A stretch of DNA of 63,768 bases, counting the filler, from Saprolegnia diclina VS20 (lineage: Eukaryota), in assembly GCF_000281045.1 (NCBI RefSeq). It is 8 parts of 4 records of this genome, joined end to end, with 100 filler letters (N's around TTAATTAATTAA, not from the genome) between each part and the next. Parts side by side here need not be neighbours in the genome. Positions count along the whole stretch, not along the records: positions 1 to 15,644 come from NW_008246206.1; positions 15,745 to 26,010 come from NW_008246206.1; positions 26,111 to 38,810 come from NW_008246207.1; 5 more parts are not named here. One strand, written 5' to 3'. The position numbers were made by a program, and so were the translations under genes. The notes under the pieces were generated by a model. That model had not been told where the DNA came from, ran no database searches, and saw only the letters and a list, made by a program, of their open reading frames with translations. Of this stretch, positions 14,157 through 26,279 are shown in pieces (the first letter of the stretch is position 1; every line of letters starts with the position of its first letter).

Positions 14157-15199
14157 TAAACTCATCTTCTCGTAGCTGATACCAAGGCCTCGTAGCTGAT
14201 ATCAAGGCCATATATGGACGCGTTCCGCGTTAGCTTCGTTTTTATCAAAGACTTGGCATCCGTAGCGCTACGCCTGAATGTGTGAGAGGCGGCACCAGCA
14301 CTCTGTCGTTGGGATTGTGCTGCGCACGGAGAGATCCATGTCGTGATGGACCCCACTCGCCGAGTCATAACTCGCGCGAGTTCGTTCGCAGTACTCGTAC
14401 AACCCGGCATGTCGTTTCCAAGACGTGAAAGACGTTTTCCGCGTCCGAGCGATCTCCAAACGCAAACACGAGATCCAAGATCCAAGATCCAGGCGCAGAA
14501 CAAGCGAGCTCAAGCAATTTTAAAATGGTAGTCAAATAGCCTTGCCCACCACTGGCACAGCGGACACCAACACGGTTGTTGCCCATAAGTAGTTCGGTCT
14601 TGATTGAGGAAAGAGGAGTTCAAGCCGTTGACAGTGTGTATCAAACGAAACCGTCTGAGCTGCATCCGAATAAATCCGGAGACCGGCCGAGCACAAAGAG
14701 CATACGCTGCACGTGGCGCGTCCGGACGACTGGTGGCGGCGGCGGAGGGCCGAGAGGCGACGAGACTTCGTGGAGGCAGCGCGGCCGCGCCAGCAGTGCA
14801 AAAGCACGGGAGGGCCAGCATCATGTCATCTCCTTGACGGCCACCGTGGAGCCCGACGAGCATTGAATTGTCGAGGGACTTTGGGTGCGCCTAGAGCGGC
14901 GCCATCGGCGCGAAAACTGACCGATGCAAGCGACCGGCACTTACGCGGCAAATAACGTAAGACACAGGGCGCACAGCACGACGTCAAAGGCACCAGGTGC
15001 CTTTGGAATGGTGTCACCCAAATCCAGCCAAAAAACCGAGGATATAAAATTACCAATACGAATCCTGGTGCTGCTAAAGATCGCGAGTTTGAGGTGTAAC
15101 CGATTCACAGCAAAGCGGTTACACGAGACTCCCCAGACAACACGCAACGTAAGGGCTTTCCAGGCTCCGCCATCGGCGGCAAAGCTACGCGGTTTCTTG

Positions 15200-15644
15200 A
15201 GGTCATCGAGAGACGCAAGTGACGAAGGTCGCGTCCTCCGGTCGCAAACAAGCGGGCGGCGGCAATGTTTGCAGGGACGTTTCCTTCATGCGCAGCGTGG
15301 TCCAGTAGGCGCCAGCGCTGACGAGCAACAATTTCACATAGCGGGACATATGCGGCGAGCGTGTTCGGGTTATATGGCGTAGTTCGCGAAAAATGGAGCA
15401 ACTCGACCCCGAAAGTGTTTTACCCGGCACTGGTGTTCGAATGGCAGATACCAAGAAGACGGTGCAGCTGTCAGCGATGGAAGCTGTCGAGGCCCGCCAG
15501 ACTCGTTGACGTAAGGACCCATGTACCACATTTGTACGAGAGGACCGGGAGCACGTAGCATTTGTACAGCTGCACACAGTTGACTTCTGAGATGAGGCCC
15601 GGTGCATCCCGATCTTCCACATGGTGTTGAACGCCGCTGTCGCC
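15200..15644 (-). mobile_element. RTE-like LINE 3' remnant
   Basis: Frameshifted translation ATAAFNTMWKI...VQLYKCYVLPVLSYKCGTW...LDSFHR..LHRLLGI matches the region C-terminal to RT in RTE-clade LINEs. Confidence 0.6.
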
Positions 15645-15688
15645 NNNNNNNNNNNNNNNNNNNNNNNNNNNNNNNNNNNNNNNNNNNN

Positions 15689-15700
15689 TTAATTAATTAA
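15689..15700. other. Artificial scaffold linker TTAATTAATTAA (also 26055, 38855, 47398, 49639, 61490, 62632)
   Basis: The same 12-mer with stops in all six frames is centred in 44 N + 44 N each time. Confidence 0.97.
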
Positions 15701-16555
15701 NNNNNNNNNNNNNNNNNNNNNNNNNNNNNNNNNNNNNNNNNNNNGGTCTGGAGCAATCCCATCATTTTCCGGCAGTCCAGCCTGCAGCAGAAATTGTTTG
15801 CGATGGAAATTCCCGCCCAAACGACTCGAGGCCCAGCGTGAAATATACGAAGAAAGACGGGACGCCACGACCACCGCATGGCTGCTAATCCCCATCGACG
15901 ACCTCACGACGGAGTAGGTAGAGGTTGCCGTCGGGTTGATCCGTGCGTGTTTCTAGCGCCGCGTCCTGTCCAGTGTGCAGACGCTTCTACACGAAGCCGC
16001 GCACATACACGAACCTGGGTTCTTGACACGCCTTTGTCGTTTACCAAGAGATTCAGTGGGATGCACTCCAATTTGTAGTCATCGGAGCTCGTGACTACTA
16101 TCGACCCCAACTACAAGCTCGTGAAGAATCAGTTGTCTCCGAAGCGGTAAAGCCGCCGCGACACCGCCGTGGAGGCCACTGTTGGTCTCCAAGTAGCTCG
16201 CTGGTGGTCCACGAAAGGGACGTAGTCACCTGCGTGAAAGAAAGCGCAGAGCAATCGACCGCTCCCCGATCCGACGACGACCTCGCATCACGATCGACGC
16301 GCACCTAGATTGAAGCCGGTCCTACGGCTATACTGTGTGAGCCAGAGCTACAGAAGCAAACTCCTCTCTCGGAGAGTGCAGTTGTAGCTCACGTTCAGGA
16401 GCAATCTCGGAACTGCCATTACCACGCAGAATGCCGGACGAGACGCAAATTTTGCCTGCAGGAAAAAGAGCCAACGAGGTGGATCCGAAAAGCACATTCA
16501 TTCAGCTGCAGATCGTGTCGGGTCTCTCACTGATTCTGTCGACCTGCGAGGCGTC

Positions 16556-18901
16556 CTACGCCGACGTTGCCTTGGCTGGTTGTGTAAGCGAATCTAGCAG
16601 TGGCCGAAGCGACACGTAGAGTTGCAAGGCCGTCGGCCGCTCGTCGGGGTCCAGCGCCATGCAGCGTAGACCGATCTCCTGCACCCAGGAGGGCGACGTC
16701 GCGTTGAAAGCCGGTGTCATCTCACCCGCGAGCACCTTGGTCATGACAAACTGCGGTGTCGCCGAGCGGCCCGTCGCCGAGTTGGTCAAGCCCAGGTATG
16801 GAATGGTGTGCGTACTTAGCTCGGAGAGCACGACACCTACGCGCATTCAATATGCGCAAGATTGCCACAGCGCGTACCAAACGAGTAGATGTCGGCGGCT
16901 TCCGAGTACGACGTGCCCGAGATGACTTCCGGTGCCATCCACTGGTACGTGCCAATGCCGTTGGTCATCGTCGACTCGTCCACCTCGCGCGAGATGCCAA
17001 AGTCGGTGAGTTTGGTGCCTTTGACCGAGTCGAGGAGGATGTTGCGCGACTTGAGGTCCCGGTGGATGATCGGCGGGTCGAACGTGTGCAGAAAGATGAG
17101 GCCCAGAACGATGCTCTGGACGACTGGCGCCTTCTCGCGCCACGTAAACTGCGTCATCGAGCGGTCGGCGAGGAAGCAGCGGAGGTCGCCGAGGTCCATA
17201 AACTCAACAACGCACTCAATGTCGATGGGTCGGATCCAGCTCGCGCCCACGAGCCGCACAATGTACGGACTGTCCATCCTAAATTGCCAACGTGAGCGAG
17301 GACTGGGAAGGGCTACTTCGTACTTGGCCATGAGCGTGATCTCGGCGATGAAACTCTGCAGACCCTTTTCGAGTTTGTCCTTGTTGCGCTTGATGGCAAC
17401 CACCTCGTTGGCGTACGTGCCCTTCCAGACTTCTCCAAACCCACCCGCCGCGAGAGGCTTGTCACCGAGGATAACGAGCTCGGACCGGTCAAGCTTGTGC
17501 ATCTGGAGGCTGCTCAAGTCGATGGTACTCGTTGTCGACTCTTCGATGCTGAACGAGTGCTGCAGCCGCCGACGCCGCCAATAGAGCACGAGCACGAGCG
17601 AACTGAGCACCGCAACGGCGCTGACAACGAGAACTGCAACAAGGAGCCCACTGCTGCCTACGAATGCAAGCTGCTTGTTCAATACATTCGATCATGAATA
17701 TAACCTATACCGCTAGACCCGTCAACGGTCGGCACGAGCGTCGTCGGTGGTGGGCTTGTGATCGTCGGCACAACACATGCTGTGGCATTCTCTACAGCGC
17801 CTTGCCAAATCGGAAAGATCCGGCCCGCGCACGTGCTCGCATTCGCCGTTGCCGAGCCAACGTAGACGCCGGTTTTGGCCGTCGCGTTGTTGGGGCCCAA
17901 AGCATTGAGAACGCGGTAGGTTGCCTCGTCCAGCGTGAGATTCGTGACGAGACATCCACTGCACGAGCTACGCTTCGGTCCAGTCGACGCTTCGAGAAGA
18001 AGGGCTTACAAGTAAGTCAGGTTGGTCGAGAGCCGGACGTGCGCAAACGTTTGGATGCCACTGAGATACCTACGACAGGCATCAACTCAAGTCGCAACCA
18101 ACGTCGTTACAGGTAACGCAGCGAGCGCCAGTCGTGGTCCACCACGACACTGATGTTGTTGAAGGACAAGTCGCTACAAGAGCTATGAGGTGCGACGACC
18201 ACGGTCGTCGTACAGGTACTTGACGCTGCGAGGAATATTGGCAGGTACGTCGTTCAAGATGTTTTCGTTGAGGTTTCTACGCAGCAATTAGAATCGCACC
18301 AGACCAACCACCGTACAGTGTCTCGAGCGACTGCGGCCACTGGAACCCGGAAGTCGTGATCTTGGAGACGTAGCAAGTAAACATGGTCCTATATACCGCT
18401 TGCACGGCGTCCGGAAAGGGTGCTCGACGAACCAGTTCTTCAAGCCCGCGGGCAGTTGGAGGTTTCCGAGCGAGTAGAGCGTCAAGTGCTGCATTGTCCT
18501 ACGCACCAACGTCAGTGTGTGCGTGGGATGGCGATGGACGCACAGATTCTGAAGCGTCGGCGGGAACTCGATGCGGTCAAAGGCATTGCCGTAGCGGAGG
18601 TTATAGAGCTTGCTACCAAGACGGTGAGTACAAGCAGGCGAGGTGCTTTAACGTACAGCGTCGGGTGCGGGTACTTGGAGAGATCGCCAATGCTCGAATT
18701 CGACACGCCGGGCGGGTCGCTGAACGCTGTCGTAGCGTTTGGAAAGGACTGAATCGGCTTGCACTGGGCGTCGAGCAGGCACGCAACCGAGGCGGGGCAC
18801 GAGCCGTCGGCGACGAGCGTGCTGATGCCTGGCCTCGTGTACATCGTGTCGCACTTGGACGCAGCGGCGAGGCTCAGCCATGGAATCAGCCCGCGGAGCA
18901 T
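16556..18901 (-). CDS. Multi-exon receptor-like TKL protein kinase (signal peptide, LRR-like ectodomain, TM helix, kinase)
   Basis: N-terminus MLRGLIPWLSLAAA; TM LLVAVLVVSAVAVLSSLVLVLYWRRRR; kinase motifs GGFGEVW, VAIK, HRDLKSRN, DFG, GTYQWMAPE, DIYSFG; short GT-AG introns. Exon boundaries approximate. Confidence 0.88.
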
Positions 18902-19515
18902 GGCTTGCGGCGGATTGTATGTGGCAGATTGGATCAGCTGCCAATCAGAACCGATTATTGCGACATGCCCATCGAATTCATTGACTCTGGTTCAGGTCAT
19001 TTTGCTTTGACCGACGTCTGCAGCGCCAGCCGTGCCGACTTTGAACGTCTTCTTCTAATGTGGACAGGTGGAAAGCAAAGTGGCTTTAGCCAAAGTCATG
19101 GCATCAACTGGAAAACACTGGTATCGTGTGCACGAATGTAGATAAATGGAATTTCAATGTTTATTCATGCTAAGAGTGAGTTTCCCTGATTAGTGGGGAA
19201 AAGTCTATCACGTGAAGTGCTGCACTCGGCATTCTTCAACTCGCACGTTGCGAGCAAACTTTGTCAACTGCGCTACCCCCAGAGGAAATGGCAACTCCCA
19301 CCCCCTCCTTCCTCATCGCCTACCAGCCCAAGCACTATCATTATTTCTCAATTGGATTCGAGCAGCGGCCCAAAACACTGGAATCTTTCCACCTCACTTT
19401 GCTCGAAATCTCGAGATGTTGCTCAACGTCATGGATGGCAAGCCGGTTGACCAGAAGTGAATTGTGCGTTGACGAGATTTGAGCTAAATACAGTTCTTCT
19501 CCAAAACGACCATCG

Positions 19516-21650
19516 ATGATGTCCTTGGCCGACTTTGAGGACATTCGGGCGCTCGGGAGCGGCGTCTACGGCGACGTACGCCGTAGACTTGCGTACGACA
19601 CCTCATGCTTGGTCTTAATAGATCTACCTCTGCAACACGCGCGCCACCAACGACGTAGTATGCGTCAAGCGCATCCCTCTTCACGACTTGTCGCCCACGC
19701 AACGGTACCGCATCGAGACGGGTATTCCATGGGGTTACATTCGACTAGCAATCTGTGCTGGAACGAAGTGCGGGTGGCGGCGTCGCTCCAACACCCAAAC
19801 ATCGTCCGCCACCACGATGCGTTTGTGGACGCCGAGACGCTGGCGATCGTCATGGAGTTTTGCGACGGCGGCGACCTCGCAGAGTGGCTCTACGACCACC
19901 GCGCCGATGCATCCGAAGACAAGCTTCTCCTTCTGTTTGTTCAGGTATAAACTCTTCTTACAAGTGCCGAAACACTCTGCGTAGATGGCGCTCGCCGTCC
20001 AGCACATGCACGCTTCGAACGTCCTGCACCGGGATCTCAAACCCAAAAACATGTTTGTGTTTGAGACTGGGCGCCTCGTCGTCGGCGACTTTGGCATTGC
20101 AAAGTGCCTCGAGTCGTCGGCGAGCCTCGCAGAGACGCTGATTGGGTCTCCGGCGTACATGGCCCCCGAGATTTTCGAGGGACAGGTACGATTCATACTA
20201 GTCTAGTACTGCTAGCCTCACTGGTACACGAAATAGCCCTATGGACTCAAAGCCGATGTGTGGGCGCTCGGTTGCATTTTGTATGAGCTTATGACCGGCC
20301 GCTGTCCGTTCCGAGCGAGCTCCTACCCGGCACTCGTGCACAAGATATCAGCCGGCGACTACGACGCCTTGGCGCCCACAACATGCCGACTGCCCGTGCG
20401 TCGACCGCGTCGTGGCCAAGGCTGATATAACTCACTGTGTAGACGCGCCACTTGATCGCCGCCATGCTTGCTCACGAGTACTAGCTGCACGTCATAGTTG
20501 CGATGACGGTGGTTTTGTAGTCCCAACGACCGCCCGAGCATCGAGTCGATTCTGACTTTGCCATTTCTGCAGCCAAGCCTCGACGAGTACCTCGCGCTCG
20601 CCCCGTACGACGACTTTGTCCGCGTCACTAAAAAATAATGTGGTCATCGCGTAGAAGCTACTTGGTCAAGCTCCCACCCACGTGGCTGGACAGCCTTGTG
20701 CTTCAGCGGTCGTCGCTCGTCCCACCGCCAATCGCAGCGCCCGGCCTCGCCGTCAACCGCCCCGTACCGCATGACCAGCGCACAGTGCGCATGTATTCAA
20801 CCGCGTTGGGCGTAGGAGACGATCGCGGGCGATCTCAAGCAGTACGTCAAGGCGAAACACCTCGGTGAACACTCGCTCAGCGTCGACGCCAGGGCCATCG
20901 TACAGGTCAGTGGGCACCGAGTCACGACTAACTCACATCGGCGACCGTAGCTTCGGGCGAAGCAAACCGCCCAGCGCCAGAGCAGCAAATCCAAAAAGGG
21001 CCAAAAGTCGCCGCTGCCGCTGCCTCTCTGCGACATCCACGTACGTACAGTCCTCCCACGAGTGTTCAAGGCTTCAACTCGGATTGCGTTAGCTCCTGGA
21101 CGCGCACAAGATCAGCGTGCCACTCGCGACGCGCAAGCCCAAGGCCCGGTCCCCAGGCAAGCCATCGACGCTGCCGCCGCCACCCCCGATCGGCGTCCGG
21201 TCGGTGTACCCGTCGCCTGTCGTGCTCTCGCCGCGAAACAACAACCGTACGTAATACCCACGTCTTGTTCGCAAATGATGCTGTGACACCGACGCTTGAT
21301 GCTGTGACCATGCGTAGAGCGAAGCCCGGTGAAGCTGCCGCCGAGCTTCCTCGTGATTGGCACGCAGCTCACGCCGCCCAAGGAGGCCCAGCTCAGCGCA
21401 CCTGGTCGCGTCGCCGCCTAATAGAACTGATCGACTGTTGCAATTGCAACTGACTGCTTCAAAGGTGCATTTGCCGCAGCCAGAGTTCAGAGCGCCCACC
21501 CAGTCACGAGATGCGCTCGAGTATCTTGCCGTGGGCTTGAAGCCACCATTGCGACGAGTCGGAAGCATCGATGGGCCACGCGGCTTGCCTGCCGATAGCA
21601 CGCAAACACACAGAGTACTGGTGCGGCAGCGACACGCTGGCGTCGGGTAA
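19516..21650 (+). CDS. NEK (NIMA-related) Ser/Thr kinase, multi-exon; 3' end uncertain
   Basis: LGSGVYG, LQHPNIVRHHDAF, IVMEFCDGGDL, HRDLKPKN, GDFGIAKCL...AETLIGSPAYMAPE, KADVWALGCILYEL. Confidence 0.82.
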
Positions 21651-22409
21651 TTGGGCTATCGTTGCTGCTGCTCAGCAATCTACAGTCTAGCACGGAGGCA
21701 GCGCGCGACGGCCACTGCTGCGAAGCACAAAGTTGGCTCAGGTTTGGGAGCACATGGTCGGTTGTCTCTGATTTTGCTGGAGAACGGGTGAAGACCATAA
21801 GAACACTCTGCCTTCACTCTATACATTCTTCAAGTCATTCGCAGTGGGATCTCGATTACTTCGCCCACCAATCATTCTGGCTTGCAGCTGGCATAAAAGG
21901 GCAGTTCCGAATGCTCATTTTTTCCCGCCGAATGTGACCTGCCCGTTGCAGTGTTTTTACACGCCAAGGTCATCACCAGACCACCGTGCTTCTCGCAGTA
22001 GCCTCGCCGCTTGCCGTGTATAAAAGCTTGATTACCTGTCGTCAACGATCTCTTTACTCGTAGTTCTGGTGTGGACCAAGCTTCTGGCAACGCTAGAGTG
22101 ATCTCTGGCATTACACTGGCCTCATAATGAGATCCGAGGATCAAGTCCACTGAAACCCAGGTCGACGCACAAAAACAGTGTTCTGAAAACGGCAAACTGG
22201 CCTGTCTCGTACGTCGTACCGTACATAGCGTCCGATCTGCATACAAAATCCAAGCTAAAATCACCAGCTATGCAGTGGACGACCGTACGTACCAGAATCA
22301 GGCAATGTACGGATGACCAGCGTATGGCCGAGAAAGGACTGCAGCTGCTGCGCCGCGGCCGCCGCCTGCGCGCTCATTATCCGATTTCGACCCGATTGGA
22401 TTGATCCAG

Positions 22410-24038
22410 ATGAGTGTTCCATCGCCCGTGGCCTACACCGCTGCTACGACGTACATACGTCCTCCTCTCGAACCGCGCGGCTCACTTTGACGTGTCTAGC
22501 GGCCCGCACCAGGTGCAAGTGCAACCGTCGGTGGACGAAGTCAACCCCGAGTGCCAGCGCGCGTCGCTCCCGCGCCTCGTCAACCGCCGCGTGCTCACGA
22601 CGCTCTCGGTGGCTGCGCTCTGCTACTTTAACGTCAGTGGCGGGCCCGTCGGGTCGTCGCAGATCTTCTCTGCGGGCGGGCCGCTCCTCGGTCTCATCGC
22701 GCTTGCGATCTTCCCGTTCATTTACTGCATTCCGCTCGCGCTCGTCACGGCCGAGCTCAGCACGACGTACCCGGAGAACGGCGGCTTCACGGTCTGGGTC
22801 TTTCAGGCGTTTGGTCCGTTCTGGGGCTTCCAGGAAGGGCTCTGGGCGTGGGTCTCGGGCGCGATCGACAACGCCATCTACCCGGCGCTGACAGTCCAGC
22901 TCATCTCGACGTACGACGAAACGATCACAGCTGGCGTCTCTGGCTGGTTCCTCAAGGTCGGCGTCGCGCTCGTCTATGCGCTGCCCAACATTTTCGGCGT
23001 CCGCCTCGTCGGCTGGGGCATGGTCACGCTCGCCTTTATCGTGCTCGTCCCGTTCATCGTACGTCCTATTTCTTCGTGCTGGAAATGTCTCATCGTCGAC
23101 TCTAGATTTTCACAATCTGGGCGTATGCGGCCGCGGACGACTGGTCGTCGCTGCACATGATCCGCCGCAACGACACGACCGACACGGACGTGGGCACGGG
23201 CCCGGCCATGGTACGACACCACTCTATATTTCAGTTCTGAGATCTCACATTTCTCTAGATCCAGTGGGACCTGCTCATCAACACGCTCTTTTGGAACTAC
23301 AACGGCTTTGCGAACGCGTCCGTCTTTGGCGGCGAAGTGGCCAACCCGTCGCGCACGTACCCGCGCGCGCTCATGATTTGCACGATCGCAGTCATGCTCA
23401 CGTACCTCTTCCCGCTCTCGGCCTCGGCCGTGTACAACTCGCCCACGTGGCAGACGTGGGACGACGAGGCCTTCTCGTCGATCGCGCAAAACCTCGGCGG
23501 CAACACGCTTCTCGGCCTCATCACGGTCGCGACCGTCGCCTCCAACTGGGGCCAGTACTCGTCGCAGATGTTTGTCGTCTCGTACCAGCTCACGGGCATG
23601 GCCGAGTGCGGCCTCGCGCCCAAGATCTTCCTCAAGCGCGCCGAGCGCACCGACGTGCCGTACATCTCGGTCGCACTCAGCTTCTTGGTCATCGTCATCC
23701 TCGTCGGCTACGAGTTTGAAGTCGTCGTCAACATGACCAACGCAGTCTCGTCCATGTCGATCATCCTACTGCTTGTCGCCGCCATCAAGCTGCGCGTGAC
23801 GCACCCCAACATCCACCGCCCGTACAAGGTGCCGGTGAGCACCAAGGTGCTCGCGCTCCTCCTCACGGTCCCCGTCGCAATGCTCTGCTACATTGTGTAC
23901 ACGGTCTTTGCCCTCGACACGATCGTCCCTGGCATCCTCGTCGGCGTCGTCATCATCGTCGGCGCCCTCTACGCGGTCGCGCTCAAGCTCACGCCCAAGC
24001 ACTTTGTTGACCCCAAGGCCACCGCGTCGCTTGCATAG
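22410..24038 (+). CDS. APC-superfamily amino acid/polyamine transporter (LAT/PUT-like)
   Basis: YFNVSGGPVG, ALVTAELSTTYPENGGFTVWV...FGPFWGFQEG, FWNYNGF, GEVANPSRTYPRAL, RPYKVP; many TM segments; about 3 short introns. Confidence 0.92.
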
Positions 24039-24136
24039 CATCGCCAATCGTTGCAAAAGAAACTAAGTTATCGATTAACAACGACTGTACCATTGGCCAT
24101 ACTATCATGCTACTACATTTTAGTATTCATCAGAAA

Positions 24137-26010
24137 CTACAAGTCGTCCGAGGCCGAAGCGTACTCGTCCGTGTACCAGAGCCGCTGGTCGGCAAAGTAG
24201 ATGCGGACAAACACGTAGACGGCGATGAGGCAGCCCATGTAGACGCAGAGGACGAGCATCGAGCGCTGCGCCTCGCTCGCGTCTTCGGCGTCGACGGCTT
24301 CATCGTGGAGGATGCCGGCCTTGACCTGGAGGAGGCCGTTGGCGTTCATGCTCAGCGTCACTGGGTGCTGGATCGACCCGGCCTTGCCCCGGGTCTTGCG
24401 CGGCAGCACAAAGTCAAAGTACGTCAGGTACGTGTTCTCGCGCGCCACAGGCGACTCGCCCTCAAACACCTACCCCTATGCGTTACACTCGATCGTACTA
24501 GAGGTTAGGAATACCTCGATCGTAAAACCAGCTTGGTCGTCGACCGCCGTGTCAAAGTACTTGGTCACGGACACGGGAATCCGCGAGTTCTTCGGAATGA
24601 GCACTTCCATCGCTCCGTCCGCCTTTTCAATGCCGATGCTCATCGGGATCACATCAAGCATGAGCACGTCCTACGAGCTGTTCTATCAATGTATCAATAC
24701 ACCACAAATTGTACCTGGAAGACTTTCTTGTCGACGCCGCTGAGAATCGCAGCCTGGATCGCAGCACCTTCGGCCACAACCTCGTCGGCGTTGACCGACG
24801 TGCACAATTCCTACCCGACGGTACGAATTCCTCTCGTAATTCGTTGCCAAGTAAAAACCTTGTCGTTGAAGAAGGCGCGAAGACGCGCTCGGATCGCCGG
24901 GATGCGCGTCGAGCCACCGACAAGAACGACTTCGTTGACGTCGCTCGGGTCGACGTCGATCGCCTTGAGCACCTCGCGCGTGATGCGCAAGCACCTACGA
25001 ATTAAGCACTAATTCATACCGAATGCATGCACCAAAACATACTTTTTGAAGAGCGGGTCGCAGAGCGCGTCCAGCTTGCGGCGCGTGAGCGTCATCTCGT
25101 GCAGCGCCACGTGCCCGACGTTCGTCAGTCGAAGTACGGTCTCGTCATCAGTCGAAAGTGCGATTTTGGCCGCTTCGACTGCGCGCTGGAGCTGCACCAT
25201 GTCGGGCGTCGCCAACGGCAGCGCCAACGGCCCGTGCTTCTTGGCGATCGACTGCAGCACGTGGTCAAAGACAATGTTGTTAATGTCTTCGCCACCGAGG
25301 TGCGTGTCACCCCTAACCACGCAATTGAAGGCAATAAGAACTATAAATTCGGGTACCCAACGCCCTCGACCGTGAACGTGCCATCAGCAATGTGCAGCAC
25401 CGAGACGTCGAGTGTGCCGCCGCCAAAGTCGAAGACCACGACGCGCTTCGTGCCCTATCCACTCCGTAGAATCACACGCAAGTCCATCGCAGTCGATGTA
25501 CCGCCACAAAGAGCCCGTAGGCCATGGCGGCTGCCGTGGGTTCGTTCAGGAGTCGGACAGCAGAAAAGCCAGCCATGGCGGCCGCCTCGAGCGTCGCTTG
25601 GCGCTGCGGCTCGGTAAAGTACGCGGGCACCGTGAGCACGCAGTTGGCGATGCGTTCGTTCAGCTTGGCTTCGGCGGCCTTCTTGAGCTCCGAGAGCAGC
25701 AACGCCGCGACCTCGGACGGCGTCACGCTCGTCTTGCGCGCCGGTAGCGCGATCGACACGTGGCCGCTTTCGCCCTCGCAGAGTTTGTACGAGAGGTACT
25801 TTTGGTCCGGCAATGCGTCGGCGAGCGACTGCCCTAATAGGCGCTTGGCACTGCGCACTGTAACAACATCCGCATCAGAGGCTTCGGCGGCTACGGCGAC
25901 AAAGCCCACAGCTGGTGCGCCTGTTGACGGGAATGAGACGACGGACGGCAGCGTCTTGGCCTTCGCGTCGCCAGTGCTGTGGTTGACAATCTTGACGTGG
26001 TTGGCGTGCA
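24137..26010 (-). CDS. Hsp70-family protein, atypical (no lid, C-terminal TM); 5' end in gap
   Basis: VLTVPAYFTEPQRQAT, LLNEPTAAAMAYGL, VFDFGGGTLDVS, GDTHLGGED, LVGGSTRIP, DEVVAEGAAIQA, LMLDVIPMSIGIE, IPKNSRIP. Confidence 0.9.
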
Positions 26011-26279
26011 NNNNNNNNNNNNNNNNNNNNNNNNNNNNNNNNNNNNNNNNNNNNTTAATTAATTAANNNNNNNNNNNNNNNNNNNNNNNNNNNNNNNNNN
26101 NNNNNNNNNNGGCTTCAATGCCGATTTTACGCGGATGCCGAAATTACTGTCTAACCGGTTGGCACAACCGGAACCAGGATAGCGGTTCGATCAAGTGTAT
26201 ATTATTATACTTGCTGTTTGTATGGATATGCATAAAAATATAACTCGGCTTCGAAAAACCGACTTTGGATATCGTTGAG

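Larger units (their letters stand above)
1..15107. repeat. ~8.3-kb direct segmental duplication (1-~4100 vs 8367-~13000; 5730-6768 vs 13608-15107)
   Basis: Position 1 TGTCGGGTTAAGATGCGGGCC recurs at 8367. ORFs 133..447/8447..8812 and 2583..2765/10931..11113 are near-identical. The 5730-6768 block recurs at 13608-15107 with more divergence. Confidence 0.92.
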
